Shown here piece by piece: positions 48,796 to 61,303 of a stretch of 64,000 nt of DNA. How positions within the stretch are numbered: the stretch's first letter is position 1; each line of letters starts with the position of its first letter. The position numbers and the translations under genes are program-made. The DNA comes from Azolla caroliniana (lineage: Eukaryota > Plantae > Polypodiophyta), in contig JBHGNT010000006.1 in assembly GCA_043228905.1 (NCBI GenBank), positions 14,446,001-14,510,000 on the forward strand, read 5' to 3'. The notes under the pieces were generated by a model. That model was not told the origin of the DNA and did not search any database. It worked only from the letters and a program-made list of their open reading frames with translations.

Positions 48796-50134
48796 TTGTT
48801 GATACATATGACTATAACAAATGTTTAGACTTGAGGTCTAAGTGCACTTCGGGGTCCTCGTAATAGGACTTAAAGAGCCGAAACCAAATATGTGGGTGCC
48901 AATTATGTATATAATTGGTACTTGTTGTTTTGGCTAGCATCATGTGCACAGTTGCTCCCTTTTAGTATTTACACTTGGCACATGCATGCATACCTATATG
49001 CTCTATTGTAGATTTACATGCGTGCAACAAATATGCATGTCGTTGTCGTGAAGATTTTCGGCAATGGTGTGAAAATCGCATAAAACATACGAAATCGAGT
49101 ATTAATCATATTAAACAATAATAGTGAAAATACTTTTTTAAAGAAGTTCAATATCTTAGTACAAAAAGATGGAGGTCTTCAAGAGCTTTCAAATGCACTT
49201 TACTACATAAGAAAGGAACATCTAAGTCTCAAGTTATGTGGGTAGGAAGTTTGCAAAGGAAAAGAGAAAGATAAAACTGTGAGATATCCCACATAGACAA
49301 GACAAATAACGATCTCACCATATATAAGGCAGAGCAAAAGCTATTATATTTGTGTTTATGTGTGGAGCATAGAGAGTTCAAGGTGACTTGAACTAAGCTA
49401 ATTGGATGAATGGGTGTGACCTAACTACTTGTAAAAGTTTTTGGCCAACCAAAACCGGCGGCCGGCATCCGGCGACGTGGACCGAACCGGATCGGGATGC
49501 GGACTGGGCCGGACCAAACGGATGCAAATTGGACGGATCGGTCAATCGCGGTGCATGGTGTCTTAAAGATATTTTGGTTCAAAAGACTAATAGTAGTTTG
49601 TGCATAAAAGAGAAAGATGTAAGCAAGAATTGAACTTTGCACCTCCAAGATAGGTAGTAATAATAGGCTTACCATTAAGCCAAATCATTTCTTTAAGGAC
49701 TATATTTTTATCATTATAGATTTACATAGAAATTCTCATATTAGAGCTTTATTGAGTGACATGTGATGCATGAGCACCAAATGGAAAACATGCATCACAT
49801 GCATTCCATGCATTGTACGCATGTCTTGTACCCACACATGCATCATATGCATGGGAGCATCTATAAAAGGGTGGATGAAAAAGATCAAAGGGGGGCAATG
49901 TATTAATCAAGAAATTAAAAGTAAGAAATTCGTTATCCAATTAATGTATCAATCTTGTTCTTCAATCTAAAGTCAAGTGTTCTATTTTATCTCAAGCTCT
50001 CTCTCTCTCTTTCAATCTATCTTAAATAGTTTCTTGCTAAAGCTTGTGCAAACTTCGAATCCTTTCGGTCCAGAACCCCGACGGTTCCACCTCACGATCT
50101 GCACGTAGTGATGGATCTTCATGACATAATTAAG

Positions 50135-50152
50135 TGGTGAACCTGACGTGAA
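50135..50152 (+). other. Primer binding site, tRNA-Trp-like
   Basis: TGGTGAACCTGACGTGAA versus the complement of the plant tRNA-Trp 3' end as recalled (TGGTGAACCCGACGTGAA); one C>T at a CpG. Confidence 0.7.
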
Positions 50153-51304
50153 AGAGGCGGTAGGAAGGATCAAATCGAGGATCAACCGATACTTGGAGAT
50201 GGCATCCTCAAGCAACCAAGCGGGAGAGTTCGAAAGGATGATGGTGATCGTCGAACAAATGATGAGATCTCGAGACAACGATGCGAGCGTGGAGAAGGCT
50301 GTCGACCGTGTCGTTGAGCTCGAGGGTCAATTTGACGGAAGGAACATTACAAAGTTACTTGATGCATATAGAAGGGAGATGAATCAGAGGGACGTGTCTG
50401 AAGTGCGTCAAATCACGAGTTTCAAGAGAGTGGTCGCCAATAACATCCAAAGGCACGTCATCGAGCTTCAAGAAGGGAAGACAACGTGGTCGGAGTTCGA
50501 GAAAGCGATATTAGCGGAATTCGCGACGGAAGATTTGTTGAGGATGACTCAACATGCCTTGATGAAGTGGATAGAAAAGAAGAATAAGAGGATGAGCGCT
50601 TCGAGGGTGTACGACGAGTTCGACCAAATGTTTCGTCATCTCCCCGCCACAAACCACGTGCTACTTGAGGGGGACAAAACTTTGTGCTTCCTAAAGACTA
50701 TGGATATGAAGGATAGACGAGAACTGGGTACTCTCCTCGAAGATGATACCCAAGAGAACGGGCTTGTGGCGGAATGGGTTGCGGTGAAGCGAGCATGCAA
50801 TAGGCTCGACAAGCGTCGTTAGTGGGTTGATGACATCGACTTGGCAGGATCGACTGTCGCGGAGAAAACAAGACAACCCAAAGTAGCCGAGCCACCCAAA
50901 CAAAGCAACCCGGAAGAAAAGAAGATTGATGACGACATCATCGAAGAGCTAGCGAAGAAGTTCGAGATGGTCACATTAGCCAAAGGAAAAGAACCCTTTA
51001 GATGCGTGTGGTGCGATAGCATGGACCACATGAGAGGGGATTGGGCGAGCCTTCGAGAGGCGATCCGACAAAATATCGTATACATGGATGAAAACATGAT
51101 CTGCTCAACTGAAACTCGAAGACCCCTACGGATGAATTTCAGAAAAGGGGGAATGAAGAAATCTATGGAAGATGTTGAGGCAACTCATGTGGATGCGATG
51201 CACTATGCTGCAACCGCTGGAATTAGAGTCGGAAAAGATAAAAATGAAGCTGCTAGAGTGGGAGCAAAGTTTTGGTCTTCCGTTCTCGAGTATGAGAAGA
51301 TGGG

Positions 51305-54300
51305 TGTTGAGAGACAAGCTCAACATCGGCCGGTTCGGCTGAAGAAGCCGAGGACCGGATCGGTTGGGACCGATCGGTTAGGCCGAGTGCGTAAACCGGG
51401 AGGTTGTTAGGAAATATATTCTGTAAGGAATATATTTGGGAGTTAGTGTAGGAGCTCTTGATGAGCATTGAAGTATTGTCAGTACTTCGGTCAGTCCTTC
51501 TAGGGCTTGTATAAAAGTGTTCACTGAGCACGTCTTATGTACAGACTGAGTATTATTGTTGAATATAGTTTTTTGTGTCTTCTCTCTCACTCTCTCTGTC
51601 TCTCCCGCGTATACCGTGTAAGCTCAAGCTCTCCATTAAACCCGAGTTTCCTTCCTTCTGTCCAGTCTTCATACTTGCTTCCGCATGTTACTTTTTACAT
51701 GGTATCAGAGTGCGAGGGTTGAGAACCTCTCTGCAACCGACACAGCTTGACGAAGAAGAACGAGAAGAACGATGGATAGAGGCATGGCGAACTCGCTTCC
51801 AACAGAGAAGCTCGACAGAACCAACTACGCGTCTTAGTCCTACAAGATGCACCAGTACCTGCTTGGGCACGGCTACTAGAGTTATGTCGAAGGAGCTAAT
51901 GACGCGGCACCCGAATCGACACACAGAGACTTCCCGTCGTGGGAGCAATCGGCGAGTAGGGTACTATACTGCTTCGCATCGTGTGTGGGCGAACAACTAT
52001 TGAGCTATGTTCGGGATGCAAAGACGCCGAAAGGTACGTGGGAAAATCTGAAGAAGATTTTTGCCGCGAGCACCACAACTAGGAAGCTCCAGCTCCGACA
52101 GGAGTTGAGCAACCTACGACAACGCGACTTGTCGGTGGCGGACTATACCTCGAAGATCAAGGATATCTGCGACTCCCTCGCCTACATAGAGGTGAACATC
52201 GAGGAGAGAGAGATGGTCCAGATCTGTCTCGGAGGTTTGGCGTCGAAGTTCGAAGCGTTCCAAACGACTGTGTGTACCCGGGAGAATACGCCGTCCTTTT
52301 TCGACTTACAGTCGATGCTCCTGGTAGAGGAGAACCACGCGGGTGCGTCGACGAGCACGCACGCCGACAGCAAGATGTTGTACACGGAGGGAGAAAGGCC
52401 CCGTGGTCGTGGCGGACGAGGCGAGTCGGTACGCAATGGAAGCGGCCGACGAGATCAAGGAAGATGGCACCGAAGTGATGCCGACAGCAACTCCGGACCC
52501 TCCGGAAACAGGGGGAGTCGAAGCGATGAGAACCGGCAAGGGAAGGCCATCGCCGAGTGCTGGTACTGTGGCAAGAAAGGCCACAGGGAAAGTGAGTGCT
52601 GGAAGAAGCGCGCTGATTCGGAGAGAACCGGTTCCGGAAACGGCTCCGGACATACCGACAAGGGAAATCGGCAACGATCACACTACGCCTAAGACTCTGG
52701 GAGAGTCGGAGAAGGTCTGTCTTCGTGACGAGACACGAAGCAAACTCAATGAAATAGAGTACCCCGAGATCGGACGAGGTGTGGTATGTAGACTTCGGCG
52801 CGTCAAACCACATGACAAGCCATAAGGAGTGGTTCTCGAACCTTGAAAAACCGATACAACCTCGAGTAGTCGCAACTGGAGATGACACTCCGCATCCGAT
52901 CGCAAATGTCGGAGAAGTTCCCCTTAGCCATGTCGGGCAGAAAGGGAAACTCATGAACGTGTTGCACGTTCCGACAATCACGAAGAACTTGGTCTCGGTC
53001 GCACAGATCGTCGACCAAGGGATGGAGGTTCGGTTTACACACCTCGGGTGCTTCATTGAGGAAGAAGGCCGTGTGATTGCGCAAGGGCGCGGAGACGGGA
53101 GGATGTTCATCCTCGACTCCACTGACGGCGGCACCGAAATGTTTGCGAAGGGACAAAAGACCGAGTCGGACATCGACTTGTGGCACAAGTGGATAGGCCA
53201 CGTCAACCACCAACGGCTTCAAGATCTGCAATCGAAACAGGTAGTGTTCGGATTGCCCAAGTTTAGTGGCCGAAAGGCACAAGTTTGTAAAGCTTGCCAG
53301 CTCGGGAAGCAACACCGACTTCCTTTCCCCAACGAGCAAAACCGGAGCCGGAACAAGCTCGACCTTATACACTCCGATGTATGGGGACCGGCACAAAACG
53401 TTAGTCTTGGCGGGAGCCGATATTTCGTCTCCTTCATCGACGACCACACGCGGCACACGTGGATCTACCTCATTGAGAGGAAGAGTGAAGTCTTCGACTG
53501 TTTCTGGGACCTCAAAGTGTTCGTGGAAACGGAAATGGGACGAAAGATCAAGTGCGTGCGGTCGGATGGCGGGAAAGAGTACTTTTCCGGTCAATTCAAC
53601 GGTTATCTACAACAAATGGGAATTCAGCGCGAATTCAGTTGTAGATTCACGCCGGAGCAGAACGGCGTGGCCGAGAGGAAGAATCGGTCAGTTGTGGAAG
53701 CGGCACGGGCAATGTTGGAGGAAAAGAGCTTGCCCAAGTTCTACTAGGCCGAGGCAGTAAGGACCGCGGTATACATCCAGAGCCGGATCGGAGACGAAGT
53801 GTCGGCGCACGAGCTATATTTCGGAACGAAGCCAAACTTGCGACACTTGAGGGTGCTCGGTAGCATCGCCTATGTGCATGTACCGAAGGAGAAAAGGAGG
53901 AAGCTGGACGCAAAGGCCGAGAAATGCATCTTGGTCAGTTACTCGGACGAGCAGAAGGGTTATAAGTGTTATAACCCTCGCACCAAACAAGCGCGTGTTA
54001 GCCGTGACGTTGTGTTTGACGAGTCCGTGTCCTGGTACCTGCCCCTGACTCCGAACCCCGACTGAAATCCAAGTTCTGATGATGAGGTCAGCGAGGCCGA
54101 GATGCCTCTGGATGAGCCCGAAATCGAGACCCTCGAAGAGAGTCCGATTTCACTCTGGTTAAGTGGACCGATTGGACGACTGAGTCGGTACGACCAGTCC
54201 GATGAAGAGCCGGCGAATAGTGGAGACTCAGCTGTGCATTCCCCGCGCAGGAAACCGAGGAGACAGCTTATGCGCAAAGAGAAAGGGAAGAAGAAGGTGT

Positions 54301-56987
54301 CGGATTCTGGCACGGAAAGGAACGAGACAGACCGACGCGAGTCCAACTCCGAGGGAACCGGTGACGGGTCTTTAAAGGTGAAGGCCGCGTCGACCGAGAA
54401 GGCCTCGACATCGGCTAATGTGAGATTACGCCGATCTACCCGCCAAAAGAACCCAGTTGTGCGGTTCGGTTACAACGAGTACATGGCGCATCAGTATGCG
54501 TACATGACCCGTGTAGCAGAAGTGCGTGAGCCGGAGGGCTACGCAGAAGCGGCGAAGGATGCGAATTGGCGCGCCGTGATGGAGGAAGAGATGCACGCAT
54601 TGGCGGAGAACGAGACCTGGGACCTGGTTGACGCACTGAAGGGTGTGAAGCTGATCGGGTGTAGATGGGTGTACAAAGTCAAGTACAACACCGATGGCTC
54701 GGTCAACCGGTACAAGGCTCGGCTAGTGGCAAAGGGCTACGCGCAGAAACACGACATCGACTACGATGAGACGTTTGCGCCGGTCGCGAAAATGACGACC
54801 GTCTATGTTTTGCTCGCAGTAGCCACGACCAAGGGGTGGCACTTACGTCAGATGGATGTAAAGAATGCGTTCCTGCAAGGTGACCTTGAGGAACAGATGT
54901 ACATGGTACAACCCCCCGGATTTCACTCTAGAACGAACTCCTCGGCAATATGCCGACTGAAGAAGTCCGTTTACGGACTGAAGCAAGCCCCGCGTGCCTG
55001 GAACGCGAAGATCATGCAACAACTGCGTCCGTTGGGCTTCGTCACGTCAAAATCGGACTCTTCCTTGTTCATCCGGAAAGGTCGACTCGGACCGGTTAGT
55101 ATTTTACTGTATGTTGATGACTTGGTCATCATCGGCGCCGACCTAGGTGAAATCGACCGCGTGAAGCTCCAGCTTGCGGCATCGTTCGACATGAAGGACC
55201 CGGGAGACCTTCATTACTTCCTCAGGATTGAAGTGATCCGTACCCCCGAAGGCATATTGATCAGCCAACGTCATTACGTGCTGAGTATGCTCTTCAAACT
55301 CGGGATGGCCGATTGTAAGTCCATCTTGACTCCTCTGGACAGAACCATCAAGCTTTGTCCCGATACGGGAAAGGTATGCGACCCGACGAGATTCCGACAA
55401 ATTGTCGGAAGCCTCATATACTTGACCATCACCCGACTCGACCTCAGTTATCCGGTCGGGGTGATCAGTCAGTTCATGGCGCGACCAACCGAGGAGCACC
55501 TTCAGTGTGCACAACGCGTACTGCGGTACGTAAGCGGCACTAAGGACCGTGGACTACTATATCGGACCGGTGCAGCCGCGCAGTTAGTCGGCTACACCGA
55601 TGCTGATTGGGCTGGCAACGCCGCTGATCGCCGATCCACGTCCGGATATGCGTTCTCCCTCGGGAGTGCTGTGATCGCGTGGAGCAGTAAGAAGCAGCCG
55701 ACAGTTGCACTGTCGAGCACCGAAGCTGAGTACCGAAGAGCGGCTGTCGCGACATGCGAAGCCATATGGTTGAAGCGGCTTCTTAAGGACCTGCAAGAGG
55801 AGGTGTCAGATCCGACGACGATCTATTGCGACAACCTCAGTCAGCAGCATCGAGCTCGCGAAAAACCCCGTTTTTCACGCACGGACCAAGCACATTGAGG
55901 TGCACTATCATTTTGTCCATGAGCATGTCCTTTCCGGTGAAGTCGAACTTCAGTACGTTCCGACGGATCGGCAGGCTGCCGACATCTTCACCAAGCCTCT
56001 TGGTCTGGACAAGTTGCGGCAATTCTCAGGTGCGCTCGGGTTGTGTCACCTTGACGTGCCGAACTTGAGGGGGAGAACAGTCCCGAACGACCAAGCAAGG
56101 CAGTAGGAAAGGAGCGGACACCGCGACACCAAGTCGGTTGACAAGTTTGACATCGAATCGGCTGAAGAAGCCGAGGGCGGACCCGCGGAAAAGTTTGGAA
56201 GCAGACAGAAGGGGAGCAACCGAAGGAGAGAGCCGAAGCCAACCACGCATGGGGAAGATGACGCCATCGAAGGTGAGAAGACTGAAGACGAGTTGGAGAC
56301 AGCCAACTTGGACGAGAGTGAAAACCGATCGGAGGTAGCCGAGTCAGTGCAGATGTTTGATTCAGACACGTTGAATCAACCGAGGCCCAAGCGGAAGAAA
56401 ATGCAGCAGGAGAAGCATCAACACCGCAACAACAGAAGAGCTAAGGGCCGCATGAGCAGACAAGCCGACCGGAAGGGTCGAAGCGCGCGGAGTCGAACAG
56501 GTCGAGGAGCGCGAGCGAGGCGTGAAGCCAGGAGGAACCGGAGCTGTGTGCCCGGGGATCCCGAAGAGCCTCAAGTTGAGCTTGAGGGGGAGTGTTGAGA
56601 GACAAGCTCAACATCGGCCGGTTCGGCTGAAGAAGCCGAGGACCGGATCGGTTGGGACCGATCGGTTAGGCCGAGTGCGTAAATCGGGAGGTCGTTAGGA
56701 AAGATATTCCGTAAGGAATATATTTGGGAGTTAGTGTAGGAGCTCTTGATGAGCATTGAAGTACTGTCAGTACTTCGGTCAGTCCTTCTAGGGCTTGTAT
56801 AAAAGTGTTCACTGAGCACGTCTTATGTACAGACTGAGTATTATTGTTGAATATAGTTTTTTGTGTCTTCTGTCTCACTCTCTCTGTCTCTCCCGCGTAT
56901 ACCGTGTACGCTCAAGCTCTCCATTAAACCTGAGTTTCCTTCCTTCTGTTTGGTCTTCATACTTGCTTCCGCACGTTACTTTTTACA
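51305..56987 (+). mobile_element. Full-length Ty1/copia family A, copy 2 (pol disrupted by stops and frameshifts)
   Basis: LTRs 51305-51699 and 56593-56987 (395 bp each, ~12 differences by manual count); TSD ATGGG at 51300-51304 and 56988-56992; PBS TGGTATCAGAG 51700-51710; PPT GAGGGGGAG; all domains present. Confidence 0.98.
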
Positions 56988-59900
56988 ATGGGGAAGGTCA
57001 CATCGAACGAGGTAGAGCTTGCGGACCGAAGCATGCAAAGCATAACCAGGTGGTCGGATCTGGTGGATGACAACACCATACTCGCAGAAGTGATGTGCAA
57101 CAACCATGAGGCATTCGTCAAAGAAAAGAGAAAAAGAATAGAACAGCAAGGCCCATCCAGAAAAACATGAAACAAGGAACTTGAAAAAGAAGGAAGATGC
57201 AGAAACGAGTCGACCTTTACAAACTGAGGAAGGAGACTCAAGCCAGAAAGGGGAGTCAAGCAAATGAGTCGAAGAAACGGTTCGGCCCGTGAAGGTTGGT
57301 GTCGAAGACCCCGCTTGAAAGACAAGGACTATGCCTACCTATAAGCTAAGGTCGGACATAGAGCAGACAACAGAACTGAAGAAGATTCTCGAGGAACGCG
57401 TTCTTGATAACCACGTGACTTTGTCCTTGAGGAAATTACTCGGCATTACGAAGGAGTTCCATGACACGATCATGAACCTTGTAAAAAGAAAGAGGCAACA
57501 ATCGGACGAGGAAGAAGAGAATCCAGAAAAAGCAAAAACAAATGCCATAACGATGGCAAGGGACGAAGTCGATGAAGATATGGTGGACAACCACTATACT
57601 CGACCTCATTGGGCATGAGCAACAACGGAGACGCCAGTGAAGATCGGGGAGAAGAAAGAGATTGTGGTAGCCTTGACCGACCATGGCTCGGAGATCAACC
57701 TCATGTCAACTAAGTTCTACAAAAAAGGAAGATGGCCAATCTATACAAACCACGGATGGAAGATTCGAGTGGCAACAAAGTCTATGGAGGACTTGTACGG
57801 AGCTTGTTCCAATGTTAAAGTCCCGATAGGGGATGTGGGGATGGATCAACACTTCTTCGTGCAAGAATCGGTGTCACATCCTGTCATCCTAGGACAACCG
57901 TATATCACATCATCCCGGATGGAGACCATGGTGTTCGATAATGGAGCAGCCTTCGCGCGAATGAAGAGTCTTGACAATAAAAGATCTATTCAATTCCTAA
58001 CGGTGCGAGCTAATCATGAAAGAAATCGAGATAGTCTTGGAGCCGAATCCCCGGATTTTTAGAGCAGACTATTGGAGCATATGGGGCACAAATAGTCCGA
58101 GCAATCACAAGTCCCCACAAGAAAATAGAGCTCGTGGATTGCGAGGAGAAGCAACATGTGTCACACCTAGTGGTGCATGTAAACTAGTTCTACCCGACAA
58201 GAAGGACAAGCGTCGGATACAAGACTTCGAGAAGATGCTGAAAGAAGAAAACATAATAGAAGAAGAAGAGTTTGTGACTCATATTATGGAAGAAGCCTCA
58301 TTTAACGATATCATCGGCGAAATCGAGGAAGTTGTGGACTTGAGCTATCTTCACAATCAACACGTGATTTCGGTTAACTCCATCAACATGTACGCTATCA
58401 TCGATGAATATCATCGAAACATCTTGATGAAGGAAACTGACACAAACACAAAATATAAAACGGTGGATAAGAAGATCAAGCCAGTTGTGGTTCCGCTACC
58501 GGAAGATAGCTGGCAAAAGATGAAGGAAGTCGCTAATGATCCAAGCTTAAGGGATCCGAAGGCAATAGGTAATGTCTTCACCAAAGAGACGAAGGGAAAG
58601 CTACGAGTTGGAAGGGAGGATTTCCTCCTCGAAGAAGAGCGAATGTTTCGCGACATGCTTGAGAGACATGGGAAGGCTTTCACATTTTTCCCACAAGAAA
58701 TCGGATGTGCTGATCCAAGGACGATAGAACCAATGGTGATCTTCACAGTGCTGCACGTGCCTTGGAATTTGAAACCAATACCAACTCCGAGAGCACACCT
58801 ACCGAAGCTGATTGAGGTCTTAAAGGAAAAGGTGGATATGGGAATTTTGGAATCGTCGAATGCTCCCTATTCTAATAGGTGGTTCACGGTGCCGAAGAAG
58901 AATGGATCATTGCGATTCATCCAAGATCGTCAACCCGTCAACAAAGTGACAATTCGGAATGTTGGAATTGGTCCGAGTGTGGATGAATTTGCCGAAGCGT
59001 TTGCGGGTCGGTCTATCTACTCCATTGGTGATCTCTACTCCAGATATGACCAATTACAGTTGGCGATTGACAGTCGTGACATTACAACCATGAGGAATCC
59101 GATCGGGCTCGTGCAGATGTGTAGCTTACCTCAAGGTACAACGAACTCGGTGGCTCATATGGTGAATGCCATGAACAAGGTCTTGAAGGATTGCATCCCT
59201 GACATCACGATGCCATTCTTGGATGATATACCGATAAAAGGATGTTCGGATGAGGAGAAAGATGAATCGAAAGATAAGGAAGGGTGTAGAAAGTTCGTTG
59301 CGGATCATATGAAAGATTGTGAGAAGGTGCTCCAAAGACTCGAAGATGCGAATTTGACATTTTCGGGAGAAAAATCCGCATTCTGGCAACCAGAGATCTT
59401 GGTGGTAGGTCACTTGTGCAGAGCATACGGCCAGAAGCCTTCGCCATCCAAGGTGAACGTGATCTAGGATATGAAAGAAGAATGCGTAAACCAAACGGAG
59501 GTTCGAAGGTTCCTTGGAGCATGCACGTTTTATCATATCTGGATTCCGCACTACGCTCATGTCGCCCAGCATTTATATGGATTGCTCAAGAAAAGAATGA
59601 AGTTCGAATGGTGAGACGAGCACACAAACGTGATGCGAAGATTGAAGAAACCAGTTCTTGAAGCTCCAACACTAAGAAAGGGAAGCCGATTTATGTGACT
59701 GTAGATACAAGCCCAACCCGAATCGGGTGGGTCATCAACCAAGAAGGAGAAGATAATGCGCGGTATGCCATCCGGTTTGGAGCAAAGGTTCTCAGTGAAT
59801 GACAACAAAGATACGCCCAAGTCAAGCGGGAACTTTGGGGTATTGTGTCGGCAGTGAGGACAGACAAAGACTTCTTGATCGGGTCGGAAGTAATAATTGA

Positions 59901-60568
59901 GACAGATTGTCTCCCAATCCTTGAGATGATCTCAGGATGTGCGACACCAGATCTAGATATGCTAAGATCGATCGCCTATATCAAGTCTTTTAACCCAAAG
60001 ATCCGCCATATTGTAGGGAAGAAGAACATCATGGTTGACATGCTGTCGAGGGCAAGATTTGAGAATGAAAGTGGCATGATTTCGGAAGATGAAGACGTCA
60101 CCCTCGACTTCTTCAAGATAGCTCGACTATCGGCGGAACACAAGGACATGCTAACCCTCCACGCCTTCAATGAAGGGAGGCTTCCTTTGGCGACACCAAA
60201 AAAGGACATGAATACCACGTCGAGTGGTGGTGAAGAAAGAAGAGTAAGTGACGCTAATGACCGAATTCCACAAGAGTGCCTGGGCAGGTCATAGAGGAAC
60301 ATGGGCGACGTTCGAGAAGTTGAAGGAGAAGTACTGGTGGCCAAGCATGTACAAAGATGTACTCCATTTCGTGTCCACATGCGAAACATGCCAAGTACAT
60401 TCGAATATACGTCATCGTGATGAGCTACGACCGACATACCCGCTCACCATACACTTCAAATGGATGGTGGATCTGGTCTCAATGCCAATGGGAGTGGGAC
60501 AAAGCTAATTGGACTTGAACTAAGCTAATTGGATGAGTGGGTGGTGGCCTAGCTACTTGTAAAAGTTT

Positions 60569-61303
60569 TTGGCCAACCAAAACCGGCGGCAACAGGCGAC
60601 GGAGCCGATGAGCCGGCGGCCAGTATCCGGGAACGCGGACTGAACCCGATCAGGATGCGGACTGGGCCGGACCAAATGGATGCAAATCGGACGGATCGGG
60701 CGATCACAGTGCATGGTGTCTTAAAGATATTTGGCCAACCAAAACAGGCGGCAATAGGCGACGGAGCCGGTGAGCCGGCGGCCAGCATCCGGGAACACGG
60801 ACTGAACCCGATCGGGATGCGAACTGGGCCGAACCAAACGGATGCAAATCGGATGGATCGATAGATCACGGTGCATGGTGTCTTAAAGATATTTGGCCAA
60901 CCAAAACCGGCGGCAACAGGAGACGAAGCCGGTGAGCCGGCGGCAAGCATCCGGGAATGCGGGCTAAACCCGATCGGGATGTGGTGTGGGTCAGACCAAA
61001 CGGATGCAAATCAAACGGATCGGTCGATCACGGTGCATGGTGTTTTAAAGATATTTGGCCAACCAAAACCGGCGGCAACAGGTGACGGAGCCGGTGAGCC
61101 GGCGGCCAGCATCCAGGAACGCGGACTGAACCCGATCGGGATGTGGTGTGGGTCGGACCAAAGGGACGCAAATCGGACGGATCGATCGATCACAGTGCAT
61201 GGTGTCTTAAAGATATTTTGCCAACCAAAACTGGCGGCAACAGGCGACAGAGCCGGTGAGCCGGCAGCCAGCATCCGGGAACGCGAGCTGAACCCGATCG
61301 GGA
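60569..61303 (+). repeat. 162-bp tandem repeat, ~4.5 copies, within the gypsy B 3' LTR
   Basis: TT(G/T)GCCAACCAAAAC at 60569, 60731, 60893, 61055, 61217. Confidence 0.95.

Larger units (their letters stand above)
49385..61303 (+). mobile_element. Non-chromoviral Ty3/gypsy B: 5' LTR ending 50126 (start not resolved), Trp-type PBS, gag, PR, RT, RH, partial IN, partial 3' LTR; split by copia A
   Basis: Gag FDGRNITK..CVWCDSMDH; LTDHGSEINL protease; RFIQD.QPVNKVTIRN, FLDDIPIKG RT; VDTSP..IETDC RH; WAGHRG..C..C IN; LTR sequence at 49388-49575 recurs at 60512 onward. Confidence 0.9.
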
